Positions 39,568-52,615 of a DNA stretch of 64,000 nucleotides are shown here, piece after piece; position 1 is the first letter of the stretch; each line of letters starts with the position of its first letter. The notes beneath the pieces were generated by a model. It did not search any database. It saw only the letters and a list, made by a program, of their open reading frames with translations, and was not told the origin of the DNA. This stretch comes from Antedon mediterranea (lineage: Eukaryota; Animalia; Echinodermata), in contig NC_092672.1 of NCBI RefSeq assembly GCF_964355755.1, positions 11,408,001 through 11,472,000 of the forward strand. Direction: 5' to 3'. The position numbers were made by a program, and so were the translations under genes.

Positions 39568-41929
39568 TAAAACAAGTACATGAACAGTCAAATTAGGGTG
39601 TCAATTTTTAATACAAATTTTATAAAGTTTTAACACAAATTTTTATAATGTTTCAACATCACTTTTTATTTCACATGGGTGGCTAATGAAAACCATATAA
39701 TCTATTTTTATTGCCTAAAAGACACTTTATGATTTGACCTGAATGAATTGAACCAAGGTGTACGCTTGAACAGTTTAATCAGACCAAACCAAAAACATCC
39801 TAAACATTGTTAAACTTAATTGCTTATAAGTTTTCTAGAATTTGTGTTTGTTGACCTTTATCGATGATTGGTAACCAACTGGATTCGTTTTTTTATGGTC
39901 CATAGCAAAACATGTATGTTACATTAATCCATGTATGAAATTTATACATTGGAAAATTATCCATTTTTTTAAAAGGAATTCTATATATTTTCTGCAACGT
40001 TTTGCTGATTAAATTTGATGGACAAATACTATGTTGAGTGATTTTACATTCGTATCCAAAGGCTTGTATCAACCCTACATATAACATTCCAATATCCCTG
40101 TCAATTTGTATTGAATAAGAAAACGTCAGTACCGCATTTAATGGTACAGAGGTTCATAATGGCAACAAATGCTTCGTTTTAAGCGGCTCATTATCTCTCT
40201 GATAGGGTCTTGTTTCCGATCTACTCTGTGACTCATCGTTTATCAGCGCGGTCTTTACGAGATCATCAAGTCATCGAGAACAATGAGACACGTACCGCCC
40301 TCGTGTGTTGAAGAAATTGAAAACTTAAATTATGCGATAAATGGAGATATTGTTGTTATTAATCTTGTGCCGCTGAGAGAATATGTGCGTGGAGATTATC
40401 GTCGATGAGACGACAAACGTTGTAATCTGATGATGTACCACTGATATATCAGATATCAATTGGCAACATGGCAAATAGTTAATTATTTGCCAATAGTCAT
40501 GTGTAAATGATTAATAGCTTTGTTTCACAAGTTAATAGTTGAATAAATACTAATCTTCTGTTTAATAGTCTTGAATCTCTACTTTGTATTCTCATAATAC
40601 ATAAATTGATACATTTTATTACTCAGTTATGAGTGGTTAATATCGGTAGAATCATGTCAATGCTTGATTGTTGCTTTCTTAAGTCCACTCTTCGGCTTTC
40701 AGTCACGTTCCTGATTCTTCCCACTTGTGCTATGTGCACATTGTTTCATGTTGCCTAAATTTAAATCTATATTAATAGCTTTAGTGCAGAACCCTTTATC
40801 TTCTTGTAAACCATAGATCAGATGCAACGTTTACATTGGGGCACTTTCTCATTAACCTCAAGCGATTTTTCACAAAACATGTTTTTTGAAGGCCAAACTT
40901 ACATTCTGTTATTCTCTGCCATTTTCTGTCACATAATAAAGACGCATATTAAAGACGCAGAGAGTTTTAAAAGTTAAAGTTAATTTGGTTGTTTGTTGTA
41001 AATCATTTAGTAACTGGGAAATTGTTGGGGAATTTTACCAAATTATTCTTATCCAATCATTTAAATCATTTATTATGTTCTAGTACAAGAATCTGGACTG
41101 CATTCTCATTTTGCTTATTTGAGGAGTTTTGGTTGATACCCAATTTTAAGGTTTGGCATAGTTACAGGAGCTATCACAATTTTGGATGTGCATTATAGTT
41201 TCTACACTGTTGAAAGTTTGTTCATTGTTCAAGATATACAGTACATAATGTCTTCTGACAAATTGCCCTTTACAATACAAAATTTAAAGATGTTGCTGTT
41301 GTGATCAGTGGTAGCTTTCAACAGATTATGATATTGGTTTTTGATGATCATTATCACATGAAAACTGTTTTCAATCATGTTTATAGGTCAATGTTATAGT
41401 TCACTTCATTTTAAGGATACTAACAAGGTGCTTTTGATTAACAATTAAAAATGATAATTAATTTGAACTAATTCCTTTTGACTGATTTCACAGCTATTGA
41501 CACTGTACATTTATAATATATATATATTTACAAAATAAAACCGATTTAGATTTTGGCTATTAAGTGTCATCAAGGTTCACAAAATGTATGATTACATTTG
41601 TTTACTAGGCAACAAAAACATTTTTTATTTCAAAATAATGTAGAAAAATTATCCCTGAACATGAATTATTGATGATTATATAGTAACCTTTTGTTTTAAT
41701 GACATACCACAAGACTATATGTAGCTATTAATTCTTACTTCTGAGAGTGCACAAAAAGACTTTTCAACTCAAAAGCTGTGAAATATAATGTTGGAAAAAC
41801 TGAAAAGACCACTTCCTTAAGTAAGAGGAGAATGAATAAATATTACCTGTACAAAAAGATTTTTCAACTTAACAGCTGTGAAATATAATGTTGAAAAAAC
41901 TGAAAAGTCACTTTCACTTCCTTAAGTAA

Positions 41930-43535
41930 GGGCCTGTTTCTGCTGCAAAGAAAATAACCGGTTAAAATCGGTGTGAATAAATTAAAATCGGTGTGAATAA
42001 ATTAACTCCATTTTCTTGGCAGCAGAAACGAGGACAAATTTGTGGTAACCGGTTAAAAGGCAGCGCAAAATAACCGGTTAAAAACACCAATTTAAATCGG
42101 TGTTAGAACGCCGTTTAACCGGTTATCGCTGAGCAATTCTTAGCTGCAACACGAAATAACGGTTATTTGATTGACAGTTGTGACCCCGGGTCAGATACCG
42201 TCACATACGATGTGTGTTTTCCTCGTGGTTTTGACAGTCGAACGAAGAAGTGAACATGTATGTGGATGAATGAAATCACAAGATATGTTATTCAGTTGTG
42301 GGGGGAGAGAAAGTACGGGGAAGGATGGCAGGCAATAGAAAAGAATCACAGATAATAAATAAGAGCATTTTTGCGAAAGTAAAATAGAAATTTGGGGTGG
42401 AGTTCCGGGGACTACCCAAGCTAAGCAATTTGAGGCGTTAGGTACACGCTCGCGAAGGGTATGGATGGGCCTATATACCAAAACGGAAAAAAAAGGACTC
42501 AGAATGTTGCAAATACCTACCAAACGAAAGTAGATAATGGTTAATTAATTATGAAAACCCAAATTTTATAGCAAAAATCATCCGAATTTATGTTATAAAC
42601 GATGAATTTAGCAACAAAAACTTTATCCAAACGAGCGTGTTTATGGCACGGCCTTAGTGCCTTTAATAGGAGAACAATGAACAATCTTACTTTGATCGTT
42701 TTACATATATATATATCGACCGAAAACAAAGGTTATCAGAGCCTTTTATAATATATTAAATATGATTTTATTAAGCATAGAAATGTGTTATTATTTATGT
42801 TAGTACATAAATATACGAAACAATGTTTAATACTCATTATTCTATTAAAGGCACTATGTGCGTGCGATTTTCTATGACTTGGATACTCTCGTTTGATTTA
42901 AGTTTTTGTGGCTAAACTCGTCGTTTTTAACATAAATTCGGACGATTTTTGCTATAAAAGTTGGGGTTTCATAATTAATTAACAATTATCTACTCTCGTT
43001 TGGTAGGTATTGCAACATTCTGAGTCTCGTTTTTGTTTCCGTTTGGTTTTTTGTAGGACCGGGCTCGCGAAAGACAACAGTCGTTCACGTGGGAAGGGCC
43101 GTGTGTCATCGCTTTTGTTGAGGAATTAGGCTAGATAAAAATTATCCTAGGCGATCGGGCGCTGCACAACCCTCCCCATGTTATTGAAGGCGCCATGAGA
43201 ATTAATTTTATTAGCGATCAGTAAGTAGGCTTTACAAAAAACAAAACTTGTAGACCTGTAGACAACATTTTATTATTTTAACATGTTTGAGATGTTCGGC
43301 GATATACACACGTGTGTACTGACGACGTCGATGTAAACAAACAGCCAACTTACTACTTCCGTCTGAGTGTATTGCATTTTGGGTAATGATGACGTTTTGC
43401 TCGACGACCACCCATAGATTTAACCGGTTATTTCGGAGCACAAATTGAGCAGAAACGCGGTCTTGTTATTGTTATCTATTTTTAATCTATTTTAAAATAA
43501 CCGGTTAAATTGCGTTATGCAGCAGAAACAGACCC
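41930..43535. mobile_element. Non-autonomous PIF/Harbinger-like element, 1.6 kb
   Basis: TIR GGGCCTGTTTCTGCTGCA / TGCAGCAGAAACAGACCC. TAA target duplication, confirmed by the empty site in the adjacent tandem duplicate (41817-41850). Many TAACCGGTTA palindromes near both ends. Confidence 0.9.
42457..43062. mobile_element. Nested foldback / MULE-like element
   Basis: Imperfect inverted arms of ~200 bp (42468-42670 vs 42842-43060), flanked by the 9-bp direct repeat GCTCGCGAA (42448-42456, 43063-43071). Confidence 0.65.
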
Positions 43536-44291
43536 TAAGAGGAGAATGAATAGATATTACCTGTACAATTACTTGGACACCTGTGTTAAGGTATAGTTGA
43601 TGTGCATGTGGGATGGTAGCAGGAGGTAAATGATAGATATTTTAAAAAATAAAAAAAAAGAATATGATTACTAATATAATTGCTACTCATTGTCTCCTCT
43701 CCATTACAAACATTTTTTTAGGACTTGGATACTTTAAAAGAATTTCTTCTGCACATTGAAAACAATACAAATTAGTGTTGCATGACTGTTGTGTAGATTA
43801 GAATAATTACACTATGGTAGCTGTTTTTCAAAAGCAATCAGAATTTCCATTACACTTTTTAACATTTTTAATTGCAATGAGAAATTGCATTTTCTATCAA
43901 TACAATACAGGACACAGGAAACAATTTAATTATATATTACAAACAAAATATATAATATATAAATAATTTATTTTTCCAAAGCTTGATAAATTGTTTGTAT
44001 TTATAACTATTTATAAATTAGAATGTGTCAATTTTTTTTAAATATTAAATTTCTTTTGCAATATTTTTATGTACGATTTTTCATGTAGGAAATATTATAT
44101 GTGCAAAAAACACATACTTGTTTGGTGTCCAAACGATTAGTAAAACCACAACACACTGGCTAAATTCATATCACCTCTATCCAGTTTCCTAGGACTGTAT
44201 AAGACATCATGGGCTAGTAAAGTGTACAGTTTTGTACAAATGTTTTGTGTTTGAAAATATGTTTGGTGAAAAACAGAATATATTATGCTAT

Positions 44292-44407
44292 GCAGGTTCC
44301 CACTTAAAACACAATCACATAGGTGCAACGCAGGTGATTTGACCAATCACAAGCAAGAGTCAGATTACTGATTCTGATTACTGATTCATCAGAAGTGGGA
44401 ACCCAGC
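44292..44407. mobile_element. Degraded small TIR element
   Basis: Inverted ends GCAGGTTCCCACTT / AAGTGGGAACCCAGC. Confidence 0.4.
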
Positions 44408-46083
44408 TTTAAACAGTTACCTTACCATTCATGTATCTCTTGCAGTAGCTAGAAATGACAATTTCATCAAGTCAAATTTGGAACCTTTCCTTATCTCTAC
44501 ATACCATATGTAACATTGTATTCAAGCGACATAGTTCATCCACTAATTAATGGCAATTCATTATTACTACTTAATTAACGAAATAATTTCTTCTTCTATA
44601 TGTGCTAATTGAATTAATTATATAGTGTTACGAGCTTAATTAAATGTACAATTCAGCAGAGATTTATGAGTATGTAAAAGTTGTATTATTACATGGAACT
44701 TGCATAAGTCACAAGTTCATTCATGTGTCATATGGGAATTATGTATTTTTTATAGCATCCACTGGTGAAAATATAATTACTTTTTCAAGGGGTATCTTTA
44801 TGTACAGAATGACAACAAAAGGCCAGGACTACCCATTGGTTCTGACCTCACCCACTTCTTAATTAGACTTCTAAAAAAAAATCTACAATTGTTATTGTAT
44901 TTGTATAACAATTAGTTATATTTTTACATAGTTTGGCTATTTTACTACTGCTTTAAAGCAGACTAATCACTGGAAAGTTAAAACCATGTGAGCTTTCCAT
45001 AGAACTTTCCCGAATATAACACTGACTATTCTCTTAGCTTTCTGTCAAACCATCAAACATTGTACATTTTCTTTTATTTAAATTCATTCATTTCATATTT
45101 TATCATAGGCATCCATCGGTTACATTACAACCTATCTGTCACTTTCAGAATCTCAATGCTTTGTGATGTATCACATGCATTAGTTACATAATGAGAAATA
45201 GATGTAATTATAATTAAGATATATAAATGTGAATAGTATAGTTATTAAGACAGATAGTTTTTTGTGATATATTAGGAAAGTAGCAGTTATATTTTCCAAT
45301 TTAGAGTGGTTATATATTGCGTAAAAACACGAGAATGTGTAAGTAAATTTTACTAGCGATTTTTATACATTACTGTTTTCACTGTTATTGCTTAAAGAAT
45401 AAATCATAATTTGGATTCACAGAAGTCAAAAACACTTCTTTCTTTATATTATTGTATTCATTTAGAAGGCAAATTATAAAAAACTGAGTATACTGAATCA
45501 TTGTGTAAAATAGTACATAATTTTGGTGTTTATTTAACTGTTAACCATTACGTTTACTGTGGATTAGATTATTTTGTTACATAGCACTGAATCCTTCTAT
45601 TATTCTTTTTCTTATATATTTTCAGCAAGCAAACAACAACAAATAGTTTAATTGTTCCAAGAGGTGACAAAAAGAGTCAAAAGCCTCGTCACTGATTAGC
45701 ATGTATCTCTAAAAAAAAGTGTTATTTAGAAATGCCTAGTGACTTTCTTGGTAACAGTTGTACGATTGATTCGAGGTACAACTCTAAGTGTCAATTTTAA
45801 CATGACAGTGCATTGCCTTAAGAAATCTGACTTTTCCTAATCACTTTGATCAAAATTATTATTCATAGGAAGTCATTGGACACGCTTATGAAATTATGTT
45901 AAACAAACAAAACATGACAGCAGAATACACATTGTTTTAAAAAGGTCAACAAAATTTAGCAATTTTTTGTTTGTAATACTGTTACCCATTTATGACTAAT
46001 ATTCTGTAAATCGTTGTTCTATAGACATTTAACAAAAAAATGTCATTGAAATAGAATTTTGAACTATTATATTGTTGTTAAGT

Positions 46084-46156
46084 GGCACTGTAGCCTTTTG
46101 GTAAATGTTGCTGCTTTACCAATGCGAGGGCCAGGATTTAAATCCTGGCATTACCA
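46084..46156 (+). pseudogene. Degraded tRNA-like sequence or SINE head
   Basis: tRNA length. A-box-like TAGCCTTTTGG, T-arm-like CCAGGATTTAAATCCTGG, ends in CCA. The acceptor stem pairs poorly. Confidence 0.35.
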
Positions 46157-48149
46157 TAGTAACAGTATTCATCAATCACACATGAAGCAATTAAAAAAAT
46201 TTGACTTGAGTGAAATCCTTGATATTCATTGACTTAAATGAATATATTAGATAAGTGTAATAGGTGAATGCCATATGTAAACAGTTCTACTACCTCAGAC
46301 TTATAAGCATTTATTGATGAAGAGCTAGTGTTGCTCGAAAGCTCTGCACATTTTTCTGAATGTTTTATATTTTGATTTAGTTTTTTGCTAATTTTATTTT
46401 GTATTTCCAACGAGATCCAGAAAATGATACCCACAGCGTTGTCATTTTTTTTCAGATAAGCCTTTGGATATATATATATACATTATATTTATGTTTATTA
46501 TCCTGCTGTTTAGTATGTAAAATTAAAAAAAAAATTGTTTAAACATTATACACCTAGTTACCAGCATGTTTATAAATAAATATAATCTTTGCTCTTGACC
46601 ATTCAAATTTTAATTTCAGAAAACATATTTTTGTAGGTTGGTTAAATATAATTTTTTGCTACCAGGCTATAAGTAGTCTTTAATTAGTGACACAACTTGA
46701 TTTAAAGACACTGTTATTTTTACCTGAAAGAAACACCTGCCAGACAAATAGTTTGAACTGTTTAATATTAGAATGTATTATATTTTCAAAGAAATTAATG
46801 TTAACAACATTTCCTTTGACAATAGTTCATGGGAAATTAAATCACCAATTCAAATATTTCTTTATGTTCTACAGTCGTTTAATGAAGTGTCTGTCGCCTT
46901 TAATTTGATTTAGCCGCAGACTTTCACTCCTAAGCTGGAAATTCAACAAAACAAAACATTTGATATTAATTGTGTGAAAACTTTCACAGTTTTGTCAGAC
47001 AAAAGTCTAAAAAAGAAACAAGTTTTAATTTAAAATGTGGGAAATTGCTTTTTAACTTCATATTCAAAAGTTAAAATAATATTTTTACACTGATTAACCT
47101 CTGGTGATCTATATTTAAAAAAAAAAGGTTTTCCCACTGGATTATTATTTATGTAGTGATATCAAAGTTTTCAAGTCAATTACTAGAAGGTACTATCATT
47201 GCTAGTAATAATTCTAAATCATGTCGGCTTTCCCTACGGCTTTTCACGCCTTTATGACATTGTCTAACCTTTATGTAATAATATATGTATATAAATCCAT
47301 AGTCAAATTACTGGAGAAAAAAAATACAATGCTCTGGGTATCTCAGTGGTTTGATCTCAATAGAGAAATAAATAAATAAAATAGGCATAAAGCTAAATAA
47401 ACTAGCTAGCTATACAATAGAAAGCAAAGAGTCAGAAAGAAATTGCAGAGCTTTCAGGGTTGTGTTTACCCCTTCAAAGAGAAAAGAAATGTATAATATG
47501 ATTTTCTATATTGTAACAAATCAAAACAATTTACTTTTGAAATGAAATATTCACTTTAAAAATTGTGTTTTACAAAACTGTAAGTTATACATCCATTAAA
47601 AAGAAATCTAAATAAAGAAAAAAATTGCAGTAGTATAGTATAGTGTGACATATTGTGCATACATATGTTATAATTGATATTCAATTCTGCTTTCTTAAAT
47701 AGAAAAAATAGTGAGCAAGTTTAAATATGAAGCAATTAGAAATAAAAATTACAAAAAAATTATTAACAAATTATTAATAAAATATCTGTCATCATAAAAA
47801 AAAGTTAAAAAGCTATCAGGTAAAAACAGATTAATTATTCATATGATAGATTATTTCACTGTTAACTGACATAGATAACACTTTCAATTTTGATATACAC
47901 ACTAAGCCAATGAAACATCTCAATAAATACAATTTAAAAGCAGATTTATGAAGAGAAAGATGATAATAAATTATTTCTTTTAGCCAGCTAGGTTATCTAA
48001 TGGTTGTGAACTGTATGCTCTTTGCCGTAGGTACCAGCCATATTTTATTTTCAATGATTTTGTTAGTAAAGGTAAATTTCAATTACATGTTGCTTTCCAG
48101 CATTCTCATTCTAAACAAAATTCAGATGATAGTTTAAAGGATACGCTAA

Positions 48150-48517
48150 GTTGACACTGAACTTTAAGCAACTCAACTGAAAGGAACTTGTTGCATTAGA
48201 GCGCTTTTTGAGCAACTTGTGTGTGCTTCATATTTGGACACTGGAACTGATTGTACCTATTTGTTGTTACCATACCGCTCACACAACACAATTTGTATTT
48301 GTATAAAGAATCAGTATGGTGACATCGAACTGCTGGCTACTGGTCGCAGTTCCCTACTACCGCACATGTGACGAGATTTAAAGTTTTCAGTTCTTTTCAG
48401 TTTAACTCTGATCAGTATATATTTTGTGTTACTTTGAGATGCGGTCAGTTGAGGTCAGTTGCGTTCAGTTGCTCAGAGCGCTTATTTCGACACAGTTGAG
48501 TTGAGTTCCGTGTTGAC
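48150..48517. mobile_element. Degraded foldback/MITE with CAACT/AGTTG subrepeats
   Basis: GTTGACACTGAACT..CAACTCAACTG..AGCGCT..TGAGCAACT is mirrored by AGTTGCTCAGAGCGCT..CAGTTGAGTTGAGTTCCGTGTTGAC. Confidence 0.45.
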
Positions 48518-51308
48518 AAAAGCGTTAATATGTCAGGAGAGTTTATTATCTCTCATAACAATTTTCAAAAAAGGACAAGGAAGGGGTTTTTAAATCAGTA
48601 AAAAAAAATTAACAACGGCTCATCTTTCGTTAACGTTACTACTTCAGTCACATCTGTGCTTACAAAAGTAGTCCCCTAGTTAGGCCTATGCAAATTTCCC
48701 TGTAGGTATAATAATTGTGCGCCTGGCCTCCGTCCCCACTAAATGTTATGTTGATCTCCCAGTGCTTATTATCATGTTGTATGGTTACTGTTGGATAAAG
48801 TGCTTTTCTTCTGTAGTTTGGCACATTGCAAAATATCTGCTTTGAGTAAATAGTAATCAAATGTGTCTGTACAAGTGAAATATGTTCTTATAAACTGCAA
48901 TTTTTGCCATTATAGCAGATCATTGAGACACTATATTAGATGGATGGGTTGCAGGCAAGATTAATGCTAACTTTATTTGTTTTAAAACAGATATCGTTTT
49001 TACATATTACCAGCAAACTGAAATTTTAGCTTTTAAATCCTTTTAGACAAAACCAGGACATCCTTTCTTTTGACAGGTTTGATGTATGATGATAATTATT
49101 GCTTTATATTTTATTTTACATTTGACCAAGACATAAAAAGGAATTCTGAAGATATATAATATAATTTATAACTTTGAGAAATTACTTAAATTTCTTATAA
49201 AATTGATGGTGATAAATTAGCTTTAGAATGATATTCTGTACTATATTTATATAATTCATATTGGTACTTATTTTTCCATAATTTATCTGTTTTTTTATTA
49301 CAACTATTTATACAAAGATGTTTAGAAAATTGAATACAGTACTCAATTTCAGATATTTTCTCTGATGTAGGTCTTTATATCATATAGTTTATATGCACTA
49401 CATGGTAAAATATACTTTAAAAGTCTAAAATAAAATATATCAATATTGCAATATAATTATTTTTATGAAGTTGAAGTATACTCTGAGACAACTATGGTAT
49501 ACTGTACAGTTTGCGCAATAAAACAATTCAACTTGAACCATTCTTCATATGTTTTTTGTACATGCGGCTTTACAGTATGAGAACTATAAGAAATAATAAA
49601 TCTGGCGTTTATTTATGTCGTAGACAGCTGACTTAAATAAAAAAAAGCACTATTTGAAATTATGGAAAACCATGTTAGTAACAGTTCATTGATTACTGAA
49701 TGTCAGGCGGTAAGTGTTCATAAGAAACGCAGAACGTAAAATCCGGCCACAAATGGAGTAAAGTGATATGTGTCGTCTGTAGTATGACACTTTTGTCTTT
49801 TATTGATGTCTTTCGTCTCTTGCACTTTCTTTTATAGTTCAGTCTGGATGTGCATGTTTATTGTAAGACATACCCAATTATATTGTTAGAATTATGATCA
49901 TGGCCAGGATTGATAATAGCCACAATGATGAAAGTAAGATACGGTACACACTAAACAATAACACTGGAATCTTTGGTATAGTAGAACCATGATTAGTGTT
50001 CACCAAACAGAGTGTCACTTATAGGGTGTTCCCATAATAGGGTTGCTGCAGTGTTAAAACATTTATCCTAATTTTTTTTTTAACGAAAGTGTCCCCTGAA
50101 AAGAGATATCCTAAGTATTTTGAAGGCTTCATCATTAAACGGAAAATGTAACACATTCAAAAGTACTTTGTACAGAATTCAATGTTTGCATGTGTAACAA
50201 CATTAAACAAAAATCTCTTATTCCCTCACCAAGATTTTATTTGTGTACATAAATACAAAATGAATACAAGGACATCGATACACTAAACCCTACACATTGC
50301 AATAGACACACTGTTTTTTCCATTGTAGTCTCACGCTATAAACATATTTGATAATCAGAATGTGTAATTTATATTTTTTGGTGATTGTTTGTTCAAAATT
50401 TCGGTTATATTTTTGAAAACTGTGATGATATAGTCTAATAAAACAGGCAGGCTGCAAACTGGACTCCACTCGGCAAATTGTGTTTTGGAAAAACATAATT
50501 TGATAGCCTTTTATTTGTATATGTTGTACATATCAGCAAAAAATAAAAACCATTTTATGAAATGCATGAGCAATGCTATGAACTTCGCCATTAACGTTGC
50601 TGATGTTATTCCCAACTAATGTTCGTCTTTGAAGGTAAAATTAAATCCGTTGGCTTAAATATCTTATGATGTCCACATTCCCTCGGGAAAACTTGTTTAC
50701 ATAACAAGTGTGCATTTTAAGTCATTTTCAAATGTGTTGTTAAGTTAAATTGTATTGTGTTTGATAGTGGCTAAAACTTCTGTTATGATGAGCATCGTTT
50801 CTGACACCTGATAGGCCTATCTCACCCTAAATGCGGATTTATTATCCTGAATAAAACTGTTCAAATATCAAAAAACACCGATATATGAAGAATATTAGAA
50901 ATACATATTGGGTGTTCACATTTGCATTATTTAGATATCTTTATGAATCATCACGTAGACGGCACTATATACATTTCTTTTATACATAGTTTACAGTTAC
51001 AAAATTTAAAATTGTTTGATAAATATCAAAGATAAATGCATTTTATTCTGTACCTTTACCACATTTTTTTTTGATCAGAAGCTTTTTACATTTATTATTT
51101 AAGGTATCATTTTAAAGATTCTTTTAAAGGTCAGATTTATGTAAATTTCTCCATGGGTTATGTTACAGTTTACACAAAGATCATGCAATCATAAAATGTT
51201 GAAAAAGCAGTTAAAGTTTTTTATTTGAGATGTTCAAATTCCCTAGATGACATTTTCAGGTATAAAAGAATTCACCCTACTTTACCTAGTGATTATTCTA
51301 GAGATAAT

Positions 51309-51810
51309 AGGGAGGTTTTGCAACCTTACGAATACGATAACGAAAACGGTTACGTCACACATTTGTGAAACTTTTGAGCAGATCCCCATTTCATATTCGT
51401 AAAGCGTTTTCGTGTTTACGAATATCATCAGTCATATTCGTAACTACAAAACGAGTATAGTTTTTGATCTATTTTGCACATTTTGCATTTGAATCAGGAA
51501 TTATTCATGATTATAATATATTTAAAAATGTATTGAAAGTAATTTACTAAAGTAATTTACTGAAATGCCAGGTAAATTTTGATAATTAGCAGTTGTTAAA
51601 GTCCTCCCTTGCTTTGACATTACGCTAGGCCTAGGCAGCCAAGCAACACGTACAAGCGCTTCGCTCAATTTTACCGCAGTCATATTTTGGACGACGCCCT
51701 CAATATTCGTTGCCATGCGAAACAGATTTTTACTGGCTTATGAAAACAAATATGTGTGCGTGACGTATCCGGTTTTCGTTATCGTATTCGTAGCGTTGCG
51801 AAACCTCCCT
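51309..51810 (+). mobile_element. ~500-bp MITE family B copy 1
   Basis: Long TIR AGGGAGGTTTTGCAACCTTACGAATACGATAACGAAAAC / GTTTTCGTTATCGTATTCGTAGCGTTGCGAAACCTCCCT. Flanks AAT / ACT (one mismatch). Confidence 0.9.
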
Positions 51811-51984
51811 ACTATCGTTTAGAAAAATACTTTTTTGCTTAATTTTCTTTTAAAACTTACATTTTTATTTAAATGTTAAATTTCTTTTTTTGTATCTGGT
51901 AGAGGACTAATATACTGCAGTATTAACAGTTTTTAAATATAGATATCAAGTACAGTGTGTAGTTCGTTAAAGAGCATGAGCACA

Positions 51985-52229
51985 TGCTTGTAGCTTGGGG
52001 TTATGATGCTTGTCTACCAATCAAAGGATTCTGGGTTCAAATCCTGTCATATGTCAGGATGACAAATTTTAACTCCACTCTCAAAGACTTAATAATACCT
52101 TGTTTATTATGTAGAGCATCTTGTGTATATGTTTGTCTTTTTGTGCCTGGGATTGCCACCTCATAGTGATTAAATTTGCTTATTAGTTATCCTTGACAAT
52201 TTGCCTAAATATATAAAAATAAATAAATA
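51985..52229 (+). mobile_element. tRNA-derived SINE, family S1 copy 2 (older, different 3' tail)
   Basis: TAGCTTGGGG A-box, GGTTCAAATCC B-box. Body AACTCCACTCTCAAAGACTT..ATGTAGAGCATCTTGT..ATATGTTTGTCTT is shared with 25575-25808. (TAAA)n tail. Confidence 0.75.
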
Positions 52230-52259
52230 GTGCTACTGGGGATAGTTCCTTGAGTGAGT

Positions 52260-52615
52260 GAGTGAGTGGCCGAGTGGTTAAGACAGTGGAACCGTAATTA
52301 CGTAGCCATAACATCGGCAAGGGTTTGAGGCTAACTCGCTCCATGGTTCTGGTGGTAGAACGAGTCTTCTCGGATAAGGACTATAAACCGTAGGTCAAGT
52401 GTACACATAGCTCATGTGCACTTTAAAGAACCTACTACATCTTTCGAGACGAGTAGGGGTCTACCCCGGTGTACTAGTCCACACAAACACAGCCACTGTC
52501 ACACACAGAAACTGTGCAATTGGGACTGGACCATTTTAGAGGTGTTTACCACCTGTTGGTCCCGATCCTTCACTAACAGTGTTAGTGAGAAGTTGAATAA
52601 ATAACAAAAAATAAA
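52260..52615 (+). mobile_element. tRNA-derived SINE, family S2 copy 2
   Basis: Collinear and highly similar to 36487-36848 over its full length. Confidence 0.88.
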
